Origin: a bacterium
Lineage (GTDB): Bacteria; UBA10199; JACPAL01; GCA-016699445
Assembly (NCBI GenBank): GCA_036274695.1
Contig: DASUFF010000030.1
Span: 2,510 to 66,509, forward strand
Direction of reading: 5' to 3'
DNA: 64,000 bases
Position 1 is the first letter of the stretch; every line of letters starts with the position of its first letter. This document shows, piece after piece, positions 1-8,553 of this stretch. A program made the translations under genes and the position numbers. The notes beneath the pieces were generated by a model. It made no database searches and had not been told where the DNA came from. It saw nothing but the letters and a program-made list of their open reading frames with translations.

Positions 1-498
1 GACGTCCATCACGAGGATGGGGCGGAAGCCGGCGACGCTGCCGCTTTCGTGCAGGTTGATCCAGTGGTTCGAGATGCGGCCGTTGGATGCGTCCTCGAAG
101 CAGATCGCCCAGCCGACGCCGCGCATCTTGCCGACCCCGGCGAAGTCCTCCTTCCAACGGGCGTAGCCGCCGAAGCAGATCTCGGTCTTGGAGGCGAGAA
201 GGGAGCGGGGATCGGGGTCCCCGCCGCCCTTCCGCGTCATGTTGTCGAAATAGTATTCGTGGAGCACCATGCCGTTGAACTCGAACCCCAGCCGGCGTTT
301 GAGCTCCGAGTAGGCGGGCATCTCCTCCTGGTCGACCTTGCCGTCCTTGAGGAACTCCGCGATCTGCTCGTTCAAACGGTTGGTTTCCTTGACGTAGCCT
401 TCGTAGAGCTTGAAATGCATTTCCAGCGTTCGGTCCGAAATGCCTTCCAGCCCGGATAGGTCGAACGTCTTGGGTTTATAGACGGGTTTCGCGTTCAT
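1..498 (-). CDS. Fe/Mn-family superoxide dismutase; C-terminus runs off the window start
   Basis: The minus-strand translation from the ATG at 498..496 reads MNAKPVYKPKTFDLSGLEGISDRTLEMHFKLYEGYV. Downstream it reads GVGWAICFEDASNGRISNHWINLHESGSVAGFRPILVMDV. The window edge falls just before the conserved SOD DVWEHAYY block. The metal-ligand His, the gateway Tyr and the GxGW motif are present. Confidence 0.8.
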   Translation of the reverse strand, partial: MNAKPVYKPKTFDLSGLEGISDRTLEMHFKLYEGYVKETNRLNEQIAEFLKDGKVDQEEMPAYSELKRRLGFEFNGMVLHEYYFDNMTRKGGGDPDPRSLLASKTEICFGGYARWKEDFAGVGKMRGVGWAICFEDASNGRISNHWINLHESGSVAGFRPILVMDV

Positions 499-743
499 GG
501 CTTCCGGTTGCCGTAGAGGTCTTCCTTCTCGGAGACTTCCTCTTCGGTACCCTCGTCGACGTCCGACGCCCGCTGCGTGCCTTGCGGCGGGTTCTGCCGG
601 TCGCGGTTCTTGTCGAACCCCTGCTGCTGGCCCTGGTTTTGGCCTTTTTGCCCCTGCTGCGGGTTCTTGATGTTCGGGTTCTGGCCGGGGTTCTGAAGGT
701 TCTTCTCCTGGCCCCTGCCCGTGTCGAGGTTCTGGTTTCCCAT
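495..743 (-). CDS. Gln/Asn/Gly-rich hydrophilin-like small protein (82 aa), possibly a YciG/KGG-like general stress protein
   Basis: A perfect Shine-Dalgarno sequence (AAGGAGGA) lies 6 nt before the ATG at 743. Its TGA stop overlaps the SOD start codon in an ATGA arrangement at 495..498. The composition is strongly biased and hydrophilic (GQ, NP and QQ repeats). Confidence 0.55.
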   Translation of the reverse strand: MGNQNLDTGRGQEKNLQNPGQNPNIKNPQQGQKGQNQGQQQGFDKNRDRQNPPQGTQRASDVDEGTEEEVSEKEDLYGNRKP

Positions 744-767
744 GCGGTCCTCCTTGGTTGGTTTCGG

Positions 768-1025
768 TTAACTGCGCCTTTTCAAAAATCCGAGGACGAA
801 GCCCGCACCGACGGCGACGGCCAGCGTGCGAAAAGGGTACTTGGCAACGTAGGCCTGCGCCTGCGCTCCCAATTTATGAGCCTTCTCCTGACCCCTCTCC
901 AAGAGGGCGGAAGCGTCCTCGCGCGTGGCCTTGCCCAGCTTGGTCACGTCCTCCATCAGTGTGGATGCGGCGTCGCGGATTCCTTCGGTCAGAGATTCTT
1001 CCCGTTGTTTCACGTTTTCTCTCAT
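768..1025 (-). CDS. YqjD/ElaB/YgaM family (DUF883) ribosome- and membrane-associated stress protein
   Basis: An 85-aa protein with an N-terminal amphipathic helix and the family-typical C-terminal tail PFRTLAVAVGAGFVLGFLKRRS. The SD AAGGAGAAA precedes the ATG. Confidence 0.75.
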   Translation of the reverse strand: MRENVKQREESLTEGIRDAASTLMEDVTKLGKATREDASALLERGQEKAHKLGAQAQAYVAKYPFRTLAVAVGAGFVLGFLKRRS

Positions 1026-1043
1026 GGTCTTTCTCCTTCTTGG

Positions 1044-1217
1044 TTAAACGGGCGGCGGATTGCGGAATCTGGGGATGACGAGGGAAAGCACGAACAAGAT
1101 CAGGAAAAGGACGAACAGGATCTTGGCGATGGACGCCGCTCCCGCAGCGATCCCGGTGAATCCGAACACCGCCGCGATGATGGCGACGATGAAAAATGTG
1201 ATGGACCACGACAGCAT
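1044..1217 (-). CDS. UPF0391/DUF1328 small membrane protein (57 aa); absent from the ORF track because it is under 60 aa
   Basis: The translation [57 protein letters not shown] matches the DUF1328 pattern. The SD AAGGAGGT lies 5 nt before the ATG. Confidence 0.6.
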   Translation of the reverse strand: MLSWSITFFIVAIIAAVFGFTGIAAGAASIAKILFVLFLILFVLSLVIPRFRNPPPV

Positions 1218-1316
1218 ACCGACCTCCTTTCCGTTATGACGTGACTGTACGGAGGACCCGCTTCGCGGGCAATCGGGGGAGGCCTGGTTCTAGGGTGGGG
1301 GAATGCCCGAGGTTCT

Positions 1317-2000
1317 CTAAGGCTCGGAATGATACCACTTAACGGCGTATTGGATGAGCTCGTTGGCGTTCTTCAGATTCAGCTTTTCCTTGATCTTCGC
1401 GTAATGCGACTCGACGGTCTTCACGCTGACGTGGATCTCCTCGGCGATCTGCCGGGTTCCGCGGCCCTGGCCGACCAGTTGGAGGATCTCCAGCTCGCGG
1501 TCGCTTAGGTTTTCCACCGAGGCGTTCTTGGCGGACGCCTTGCCGGAAGCGCCGGAGGCGAGTTGGTTTAAGAGGGCCTCGTTCATGCGCTCGCTGACGT
1601 AGACGTCGCCCGCCAGGATCTTCCGGATGGCGTTGACCACGCGCTCGGTCGCCTCCTGCTTCATCAGGTAGCCGCGGGCGCCCGCCTTGAGCACCCTCTG
1701 CACATACAGCGACTCGTCGTGCATCGACATGATCAGGACCGGAAGCTTGGGGTCTAGGGCGAGCAGGCTCTTGGTCAGCTCCAGCCCGTTGCCGCCTTTC
1801 AGGGAGATGTCGATGATGGCGAAGTCGGGCTTGGCCTTGCGGTAGCGGTCCATGGCCTCCGCGACGTCGGCCGCCTCGGAATCGAGCACCATGTCGGGTT
1901 CCTGATTGATCACCTGGGCCAAGCCCTGGCGGACGATGGGATGGTCGTCGACGACGAGGACCTTGATTTTTTTCGGATGGCCGGTGTCCGTGTTTTTCAT
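1317..2000 (-). CDS. NarL/FixJ-family response regulator (REC domain plus LuxR-type HTH)
   Basis: It starts at MKNTD. It carries a VLVVDDHPIVRQGL receiver motif and a C-terminal LSDRELEILQLVGQGRGTRQIAEEIHVSVKTVESH helix-turn-helix. It overlaps the upstream kinase gene by 4 bp. Confidence 0.85.
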   Translation of the reverse strand: MKNTDTGHPKKIKVLVVDDHPIVRQGLAQVINQEPDMVLDSEAADVAEAMDRYRKAKPDFAIIDISLKGGNGLELTKSLLALDPKLPVLIMSMHDESLYVQRVLKAGARGYLMKQEATERVVNAIRKILAGDVYVSERMNEALLNQLASGASGKASAKNASVENLSDRELEILQLVGQGRGTRQIAEEIHVSVKTVESHYAKIKEKLNLKNANELIQYAVKWYHSEP

Positions 2001-4393
2001 AGGGGGTTCGCCGTTCTTAAGACGCTGTCGGGCGTCGGGTTGGAGAAGGAGCACGTCAGTACGGTGCCTCCGTCGTCGCCTGACTTGATGTCGAGCACCC
2101 CGTTGATCATGCGCGCGCGGTATTTCATGATGTGCAGGCCGATTCCGGATCCCGGCTGCGTCTCGGCGCCGCCGGTGCCGTTATCTTCCACCGAAAGCGA
2201 CATCATGCTCCCTTGTTTTATCAGGCTCAAGTCTATCTTTTTCGCGCGCCCGTGCTTCACCGAGTTGCGCACGGCCTCCTGGGCGATCCGGTAGAGATGG
2301 GTGGCTAGGTCGTTGTCATCGATCAAGATGGGCTTGGGACAGACGAAGCGGCAGTCCACTCCGTAGCCGGTCGAGGTCCGGGACGCCAAGTCCTTCAGCG
2401 CGATCATGAGCGAATCGCCCTCGAGCTCGACGGGGTAGAACCCGCGGGCCATGTCTCGGGCCTGGGTGATCGACTGATCCAGGAGCTCGGCGATCTTCTT
2501 CATCTCGGGCGCCTCAGGCAGTTCGCGGCGTTCCATTTTCTGGGTGAGGACCTTCGCCAGGATCATGATGCCCGTCAAATCCTGGCAGAGGTCGTCGTGC
2601 AGATGGGTGCCGAGGCGCTTCTGCTCCTTCTCGCTGATCTCCAAGACCTCCTTCTCGACGCGTTTGCGCTCCAGGATCTCGGCCTTGAGGGTCTCGTTGA
2701 TGAGGGCCATCTGCGCGGTTCGCTGCTGGACGCGCTTCTCCATCTCGTCGTAGGCGAGCTTCAAATCGTATTCCGTCTTTTTTCTCTCCAGATACTGGCC
2801 GATCTCGCTGCCGATGAGTTCCAGGGATTGGAGAAGCTCGGGGTCGGGCTCTTCGAGCCGGTTCTCGAAGAATTCCATGACGCCCAGGATTTCGTCTCCC
2901 AACCGGATGGGAAAACCGAATCCGCTGCGAAGCCCGGATTGGATGGCCAAATCGGCATTCGGAAAGTTGGGATCGAGCGACAGGTCGTGGATCCAAAAGG
3001 CCTTGCCCAGGCTCCAAATGCGTCCCGGAAGGCCGACGTCCGGGGCGAGGGTCAGTCCCATCTTCGCCGACCGGAACGGCTCGTAGGTGGCGGGCGGCCG
3101 GATCCAAACGCGGCGGCATTGGATTTCCTCTTTCTCAGGGGAAACCTCCCAATAAGCTCCGAAGGCCCAGCCCAAGCCTTCGCAGACCGTCTGAAGGATG
3201 CCGTCGAAAAGCTCCTCGGTGGACAGGTCTTTCGCCAGAAATTGAGTGATTTTGTGTTCCATCTCCTGGCGCCGTTCTGCGACCTTGCGGTCGGTGATGT
3301 CGATCGCCGACCCGATGTAGCCCAAGAGCCTGCGGTCGGAGGTGAAGCGCGGCCGTCCCGTCTCCAGGACCCAGCGGTAGCGGCCGTCCGCGCGAAGGAG
3401 CCGGTATTCGGTCCGGAAGTCTTCCCGCGCGTGGAACGCCCCGAGATATGCGTCCACGCAGGCCGCTCGGTCGTCCGGGTGCACGCCTTCCGTCCATCCG
3501 TGCCCCTGCTCCTGCCTCAAGGTGCGGCCGCGGAAGGCGAGCCAGGGCTCGTTGAAATAGTAGCAGAGGGCGTCGGGACCGGACATCCAGACCATGACGG
3601 GCGCCTGGTCGGCGACCATGCGGAAGCGGGCCTCGCTCTCGCTCAAGGCGTTCTCGGCCTCCTTGCGCAAGGTGATGTCGTAGATGTGGACCGAGACGCC
3701 TTCGCTGGAAGGGGCGATGTGGATTTCGTAGGACCGCGACTTCTCGACGTCGCTGAACTCGAACTCGGAGCCCTCTTTAAGGTCCGCCGCCTTCCGGAGG
3801 TTCGTCTCGAACTCCGTATCCTTCCATCCGGGAAAGGCCTCCCATACGCTCTTTCCGTAGAGGGCTTCGCGCGGGTACGGCAGGATCTCCTTGCTGTCCT
3901 CGTTGATGTGGGTGAAGCGGTCTTCCTCGTCCAGGCTGAAGAAGCACCCCTGCACGCTGTCCAAGATGTTGCTGATCTTGTTTTGCGAGATCAGGAGGTC
4001 TTGATAGGTCCGCTGCTGTTTTTTCAGCGTTTGGCGCAGATTTTCCGTCAGCCGGCAGATGACCAGACCGACGAAGGCGAAAAGGGTCAGGTGGAGCAAG
4101 TCCACCTTGGCCGGGATCGCGAGCGCGCCCCGCGGTTCGATGAAGAAATACGTGGCGGCGAGCAGGCCGGCCAGGACGGAGGCGACTCCGGGGCCGAGTC
4201 CGCCGTACCACGCCGCGACGATCACGACCGGGTAATAAAAAACGAAAGGGGAGAGCGTCGGGCCGAAAATCGGCGCGGCCAGGGAGCTCAAGATCGTCGC
4301 CAGGCCCACGGAAAGGAGGGCGAGCCCGTAACGGAAAACGGGCCCGCGCCCCATCATCCTGCCGGGGGCCGGATTTTTATCCTTCGGCGCCAT
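1997..4393 (-). CDS. Membrane sensor histidine kinase: DUF4118-like membrane module, two PAS domains, a GAF domain, HisKA_3 and HATPase_c
   Basis: The HisKA_3 H-box reads HLHDDLCQDLTGIM. The C-terminus has an ATPase G-box. PAS and GAF blocks are visible in the translation. I take the start at MAPKDK (4393), because a start at 4519 would overlap the divergent transporter gene. Confidence 0.8.
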   Translation of the reverse strand: MAPKDKNPAPGRMMGRGPVFRYGLALLSVGLATILSSLAAPIFGPTLSPFVFYYPVVIVAAWYGGLGPGVASVLAGLLAATYFFIEPRGALAIPAKVDLLHLTLFAFVGLVICRLTENLRQTLKKQQRTYQDLLISQNKISNILDSVQGCFFSLDEEDRFTHINEDSKEILPYPREALYGKSVWEAFPGWKDTEFETNLRKAADLKEGSEFEFSDVEKSRSYEIHIAPSSEGVSVHIYDITLRKEAENALSESEARFRMVADQAPVMVWMSGPDALCYYFNEPWLAFRGRTLRQEQGHGWTEGVHPDDRAACVDAYLGAFHAREDFRTEYRLLRADGRYRWVLETGRPRFTSDRRLLGYIGSAIDITDRKVAERRQEMEHKITQFLAKDLSTEELFDGILQTVCEGLGWAFGAYWEVSPEKEEIQCRRVWIRPPATYEPFRSAKMGLTLAPDVGLPGRIWSLGKAFWIHDLSLDPNFPNADLAIQSGLRSGFGFPIRLGDEILGVMEFFENRLEEPDPELLQSLELIGSEIGQYLERKKTEYDLKLAYDEMEKRVQQRTAQMALINETLKAEILERKRVEKEVLEISEKEQKRLGTHLHDDLCQDLTGIMILAKVLTQKMERRELPEAPEMKKIAELLDQSITQARDMARGFYPVELEGDSLMIALKDLASRTSTGYGVDCRFVCPKPILIDDNDLATHLYRIAQEAVRNSVKHGRAKKIDLSLIKQGSMMSLSVEDNGTGGAETQPGSGIGLHIMKYRARMINGVLDIKSGDDGGTVLTCSFSNPTPDSVLRTANPL

Positions 4394-4472
4394 TGAAAAG
4401 GAAGTGTAGCCCTCCGGGGACCCGGGGTCAAAACGAGTCCCGGTTTGACCGGAAGGCCCGAGGGGTTTATGG

Positions 4473-5576
4473 GTGAAGGCCATGGCGAACTCCACGAAGA
4501 CCGAGCAGAAGGCGTTCATCGCTTTGCTGGGTCTGCTCGTCGTCCTCGTCTGCTTTCTCCTTTATCCCTTTTTGAACGCGATCATCCTGGCGATCGTCTT
4601 CGCCGTCCTCTTTCAGCCCGTCCATCGAAGGTGTCTGAAATGGACGGGCGGCCGCGAGAACGTCACCTCTTTTCTGTCGACCGCTGCGGTGGTCGTCTTT
4701 CTCGTGCTTCCGCTGGCGGCGTTCCTGACGCTGGTGGCCGGCCAATTGGCGGATTTGGCGGCCGACCAAGCTCCATCGACGCAGCCTTCGGTTTCCGACG
4801 TCATCTTTTATCTGCAACGGAAGCTTACTTACCTGAGCGGAAAATTCGAGAAATTTATCGGAATCCAGCTCGATCTGGTGCCAGTCGTCCGCAAGGGAAT
4901 GTCTCAAATCGGACAGTCCGTGGCCCGCTATTCCCCTCAGGTCCTGGCCGGGACCGCCAATTTTTTCCTGCATCTTTTCGTCATGCTGACCCTCCTGTTC
5001 TATCTTTTCCGGGACGGGAAGAAGTTCATCCAGGCCTTGATCCGCATCACGCCGATCAAGGACCGCTACGAGCGGAAGCTGGCCGGGGAGATTCAGGAAA
5101 CCATCGAGGGCGTCTTCTACGGCAGTTTTCTCACGGCCCTTTTGCAGGGAGCGGTGGCCCTGGTCGGGTTCTTCGTCATCGGAGTCGAGGGCTCCTTCGT
5201 CTGGAGCGTGATCACGTTCTTCACGTCCTTCCTGCCCACGATCGGGACGGGCGCCGTGACGGTGCCTCTTTTCATCACCCTGCTCCTTCAGGGAAATACG
5301 ACGAAGGCTCTGGCGGTGCTGGCGTACGGCGGAATCGTCATCGGCGGCATCGATCAGGTCCTTCGCCCCTTCCTCATGCGCTCCAACATCCACCCGATGC
5401 TCCTCTTCCTGGGCATCTTCGGCGGGCTGGTCGTTTTCGGCCCGATCGGGCTGCTTTTGGGGCCCTTGCTCATGGCCCTCGTGACCGCCACGATCAGGAT
5501 TTACGCGGAGGATTTCGCGGGCGTCGACCTCCCGCAGGTGACTTCGGAGAAAAAGCCCAGAAGCGGCAAAACTTGA
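4473..5576 (+). CDS. AI-2E family transporter (PerM/YhhT, UPF0118)
   Basis: An eight-TM profile. Conserved GxxGxxLGP-type C-terminal blocks (FGPIGLLLGPLLMAL) are typical of AI-2E/UPF0118. Confidence 0.75.
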   Translation: MKAMANSTKTEQKAFIALLGLLVVLVCFLLYPFLNAIILAIVFAVLFQPVHRRCLKWTGGRENVTSFLSTAAVVVFLVLPLAAFLTLVAGQLADLAADQAPSTQPSVSDVIFYLQRKLTYLSGKFEKFIGIQLDLVPVVRKGMSQIGQSVARYSPQVLAGTANFFLHLFVMLTLLFYLFRDGKKFIQALIRITPIKDRYERKLAGEIQETIEGVFYGSFLTALLQGAVALVGFFVIGVEGSFVWSVITFFTSFLPTIGTGAVTVPLFITLLLQGNTTKALAVLAYGGIVIGGIDQVLRPFLMRSNIHPMLLFLGIFGGLVVFGPIGLLLGPLLMALVTATIRIYAEDFAGVDLPQVTSEKKPRSGKT

Positions 5577-5627
5577 CTTCGCGCCGCATCGTCCTAAAAT
5601 TTAGCTTACTTTCCAACGGAGGGGATT

Positions 5628-5933
5628 ATGGCCAACACCGCCAAGGAACGGACCCATCTCAAGGACCTGTCCAAACACACCGCGGAATTCCGCCAGAAGG
5701 CGGCCGCCCTGGGCCACGACGTCCAGGAGCTGGGCACCATCACCAAGGAGGTCGCGCGCGACGCCGCCGGGCTCCTGGGGGATAACGCCGCCGGGTACTA
5801 TCGCGAGGGCATGAAGACCGCCCAGAAGTGGGGGGAGGGCCTCGAAGAGAAGATCCGACAGAAACCGGTCCAATCGCTTCTTATCGCCACGGGCGTCGGT
5901 CTCCTCCTCGGGGCGCTGCTCCGGAGACGTTAA
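5628..5933 (+). CDS. Second YqjD/ElaB family (DUF883) protein
   Basis: A 101-aa protein with the C-terminal anchor PVQSLLIATGVGLLLGALLRRR. It follows the same architecture as the gene at 768..1025. Confidence 0.75.
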   Translation: MANTAKERTHLKDLSKHTAEFRQKAAALGHDVQELGTITKEVARDAAGLLGDNAAGYYREGMKTAQKWGEGLEEKIRQKPVQSLLIATGVGLLLGALLRRR

Positions 5934-5938
5934 AGGGA

Positions 5939-6526
5939 ATGGAAGAAACTCCGGGCCCGGATTTCGTCGGCCTCGCCATTGAACGGGGGAAAGCCGCGGT
6001 CAAAGACGCCCTTTGGAAGGGCGTGGCCTGGCTGTTTCTCGTCGCGGTGGCGGGTCTGCTTTTGTTGATGGCCGCCGCCTTCGCGTTTTACGGGGCGGCG
6101 TTGGGGGTCGGCGAGGCGCTGGGCCACCGCGTTTGGCTGGGCTACCTGATCACCGGGACTGCGTTTCTCCTGCTCGTTTTTTTCGCCTTACTGATTCAAA
6201 GATTCCGGTCGAAAAGGAAGAAAAAGGTTCTCTTCCGCAAGACGGCGGAATCCACGGACCGCTTGGTCGGGATCTTCGATCCCCGTCCCTGGATACGGGA
6301 TCACCCGTGGCAGACGACGAGCCTGGCCGCCTTGGGCGGGTTCGCGGTGGGCTTTCGGATGGAAATGCCGGGGGCGGGCGCCTCCGCGGCACCGACGTCC
6401 GAAGGGGCGCTGGGCAAGCCTTCCTTCCTGGACGAGCTGATCGCCGCGGGTCTGGAGATCCTCAAAAACGCGCTGACTCCCATCCTGGCCACCGAAGTCG
6501 CCAAGCGGATCAATCAAGAGGAATAA
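5939..6526 (+). CDS. YqjE-like (DUF1469, phage-holin-3_6-like) two-TM membrane protein with a C-terminal extension
   Basis: It starts 6 nt after the DUF883 stop, behind an AAGGGA ribosome-binding site. It has two adjacent TM helices followed by a basic stretch (RFRSKRKKK), as in E. coli yqjE, which follows yqjD. Confidence 0.5.
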   Translation: MEETPGPDFVGLAIERGKAAVKDALWKGVAWLFLVAVAGLLLLMAAAFAFYGAALGVGEALGHRVWLGYLITGTAFLLLVFFALLIQRFRSKRKKKVLFRKTAESTDRLVGIFDPRPWIRDHPWQTTSLAALGGFAVGFRMEMPGAGASAAPTSEGALGKPSFLDELIAAGLEILKNALTPILATEVAKRINQEE

Positions 6527-6536
6527 GGAATACCGG

Positions 6537-6911
6537 CTATTGCAGGAATTCGCAGCCGACCGGCGGCGATTCGCTGTTCAACGCCTCGCAGGGCGAGTCG
6601 GTGATGGCCTTCTTGCAGCCGTCCACGGTTTCCTGAGTTACCTTCAGGTCCGGGGATTTTTTCAGGTTATCCGCGATGCCGGCGGAAATCTCCTGAAGGC
6701 ATTGGTCCTTGTTGAATTGAGCGTTGTCCTTGTTGCAGGTCTCGTATTTGCCGCAGATCGCCGGCGCCAGCGTCTTGCCGATCTCCGCCACGTCGATCGC
6801 CTTCGGGGCGCTCGAAACCATCTCCTTCATCTTTTCGGGAGAACATTTCGTGCATCCCGAAAAGCCGGCCGCCGCAACGACCGCCACTGCCAACATAAGA
6901 ATTTTCTTCAT
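6537..6911 (-). CDS. Small Cys-rich lipoprotein, function unknown
   Basis: It has a signal peptide with lipobox AAGFSGC. It contains eight Cys residues and a Lys-rich mature domain. Confidence 0.5.
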   Translation of the reverse strand: MKKILMLAVAVVAAAGFSGCTKCSPEKMKEMVSSAPKAIDVAEIGKTLAPAICGKYETCNKDNAQFNKDQCLQEISAGIADNLKKSPDLKVTQETVDGCKKAITDSPCEALNSESPPVGCEFLQ

Positions 6912-6997
6912 GATCCCCTCCTGAACGGTCCGCCCAAGCTACCAGTTTTACGAGGATTTGAAAGATAAAAATCTCCCGAAGCGGTAGGATAGCCGAC

Positions 6998-7861
6998 GTG
7001 GCTTCCTTGAAGAAACGCCTGCCCGCCAACGCCCCCGGCGACTTCTACGTCGACGCGACCTGCATCGACTGCGACACCTGCCGCTGGATGGCGCCGGAGA
7101 CCTTTGCCGAGAAGGACGGCAAGTCCTACGTCCACACCCAGCCCGGCGATCCGGAGCGAAGGCTGCGCGCGCTCAAGGCGCTGACGGCCTGCCCCACGGC
7201 GTCGATCGGGACGGAGGCGCGCCACGACATGGCGCCGGTCTTCGAAGCGTTGCCCGACTCCATAGAAGGCAACGTCTTCCACTGCGGCTTCCACGCGGAG
7301 GACAGTTTCGGCGCGGCCCCCTATCTCATCGTCCGTCCGCAGGGGAATATCCTCATCGATTCGCCCCGGTTCGCGTCCCCGCTCGTCAAGCGGTTGGAGG
7401 CGCTGGGCGGCGTGAAGACGCTCTTCCTCACGCACGGCGACGACGTGGCCGACCACCGCAAGTTCAAGGAGCATTTCGGCTGCGAGCGCATCCTGCACGC
7501 CGGCGACGTGCGCGCGTCGACCGAAGACGTCGAATTCAAGCTGGAAGGGGAGGAGGCGGTGCGCTGGGATAAGGAGATCCTCTTCCTCCCGACGCCGGGA
7601 CACACGAAGGGCTCGGCCTGCCTTCTCTATCGCGATCGTTTCCTCTTCACCGGCGATCACCTGGCCTGGGACGACGACGCGAACCGGTTGGAGGCCTTTC
7701 GGAACGCCTGTTGGTACGATTGGAAGGTGCAGCGGGAATCGATGAAACGCCTGGCGGACTACTCCTTCGGATGGGTCCTGCCCGGACACGGGCGGCGCGT
7801 TCACCTGCCCGCCGACCGGATGGCGACCGAACTGCAACGCTTGGTGGAGTGGATGGCGTGA
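6998..7861 (+). CDS. Ferredoxin-domain and metallo-beta-lactamase-fold fusion protein
   Basis: The N-terminus carries a single-cluster ferredoxin motif, CIDCDTCRWMAPETF with a downstream CP. The remainder is an MBL fold. It shows ILIDSP, a degenerate motif 2 (LTHGDDVADH instead of HxHxDH), and then PGHTKG, FTGDH and LPGHG. Confidence 0.6.
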   Translation: MASLKKRLPANAPGDFYVDATCIDCDTCRWMAPETFAEKDGKSYVHTQPGDPERRLRALKALTACPTASIGTEARHDMAPVFEALPDSIEGNVFHCGFHAEDSFGAAPYLIVRPQGNILIDSPRFASPLVKRLEALGGVKTLFLTHGDDVADHRKFKEHFGCERILHAGDVRASTEDVEFKLEGEEAVRWDKEILFLPTPGHTKGSACLLYRDRFLFTGDHLAWDDDANRLEAFRNACWYDWKVQRESMKRLADYSFGWVLPGHGRRVHLPADRMATELQRLVEWMA

Positions 7862-7874
7862 GGTGCCGGCCCAG

Positions 7875-7962
7875 CGGAGGGGGAGGGATTCGAACCCCCG
7901 ATACCCGTAAGGGTATACCTGATTTCGAGTCAGGCGCCTTCAACCAACTCGGCCACCCCTCC
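7875..7962 (-). tRNA. tRNA-Ser (anticodon CGA), type II with a long variable arm
   Basis: The minus-strand sequence is GGAGGGGTGGCCGAGTTGGTTGAAGGCGCCTGACTCGAAATCAGG...TATACCCTTACGGGTATC...GGGGGTTCGAATCCCTCCCCCTCCG. It has a 7-bp acceptor stem, an anticodon loop CTCGAAA, and a 6-bp variable-arm stem. Confidence 0.85.
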
Positions 7963-8010
7963 GCTCGAACGGCACCGTGTCTCGACGGCGAGAGGGGTGT
8001 ACTAGACCTT

Positions 8011-8400
8011 TCAGTTCGTCTTCAAGCCCTTTCGCTCCAGGGACCTGGCCTTTTCCGCGGTCTTCTTCCGATTCACCGTCTTTAATTTTTCGCGCTGCTC
8101 GGGTGTCAGGAGGGCCTGAAACTTGGCGTCGCTCTCGGTCTTGACGGCCTCGCGTTTCGCGCGGAAGTCCTCATAAAGGGATTTCAGCTTCTTATCGCGC
8201 TCCTGGTAGATCGCTCGAAGCTTCTCCTGTTGGTCCGCCGTCAGGTTCAGGTCGCTGGAGAGGCCTTGCGCGCGGCTTTCGGCGCGTTCCCGGCGCGGCT
8301 GAGGAGCCTCTTGCGCGGGATGCCATTCCGCCGTTGCCGCGGGGCCGGCGCAAAGAGCGACAAAGGCAAAAAACAGGGCCGACGTTTTCGAAAGGCGCAT
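8011..8400 (-). CDS. Spy/CpxP-family periplasmic protein (LTXXQ motif)
   Basis: It has a signal peptide and two LTXXQ motifs (LNLTADQQEKL and LLTPEQREKL). It is charged and helical. Confidence 0.7.
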   Translation of the reverse strand: MRLSKTSALFFAFVALCAGPAATAEWHPAQEAPQPRRERAESRAQGLSSDLNLTADQQEKLRAIYQERDKKLKSLYEDFRAKREAVKTESDAKFQALLTPEQREKLKTVNRKKTAEKARSLERKGLKTN

Positions 8401-8553
8401 GGATTCCTCCTTCGGAAGTGTGCCTGGTGACGGGTTAGACAGACGCCCGCCCGGCGCTGGGGTATTTGAAACGATTTCAGAGCAATATCAAGCACGTGGG
8501 GCGCCGACACTTTCGGGCGCTTCCTTTCGTCTAATCCCACAGGAGGAAAGGTT

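Noticed and set aside
49-459. Plus-strand 136-aa ORF
   Set aside because: It lies antisense to the clearly recognisable superoxide dismutase gene. It shows no motif and is a typical high-GC shadow ORF.
582-1244. Plus-strand 220-aa ORF spanning the stress operon
   Set aside because: It runs antisense across three well-supported minus-strand genes that have strong ribosome-binding sites. It is low-complexity and Arg/Leu-rich.
2597-4396. 599-aa plus-strand ORF
   Set aside because: It is antisense to the histidine kinase gene. Its Leu/Gly/Arg-rich composition is typical of GC-rich antisense frames.
1997-4519. Kinase start at 4519
   Set aside because: It would overlap the divergent AI-2E transporter start at 4473. 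The DUF4118-like membrane module begins near MAPKDK at 4393.
6908-7837. 309-aa minus-strand ORF
   Set aside because: It is antisense to the ferredoxin–MBL fusion gene and has no recognisable domains.
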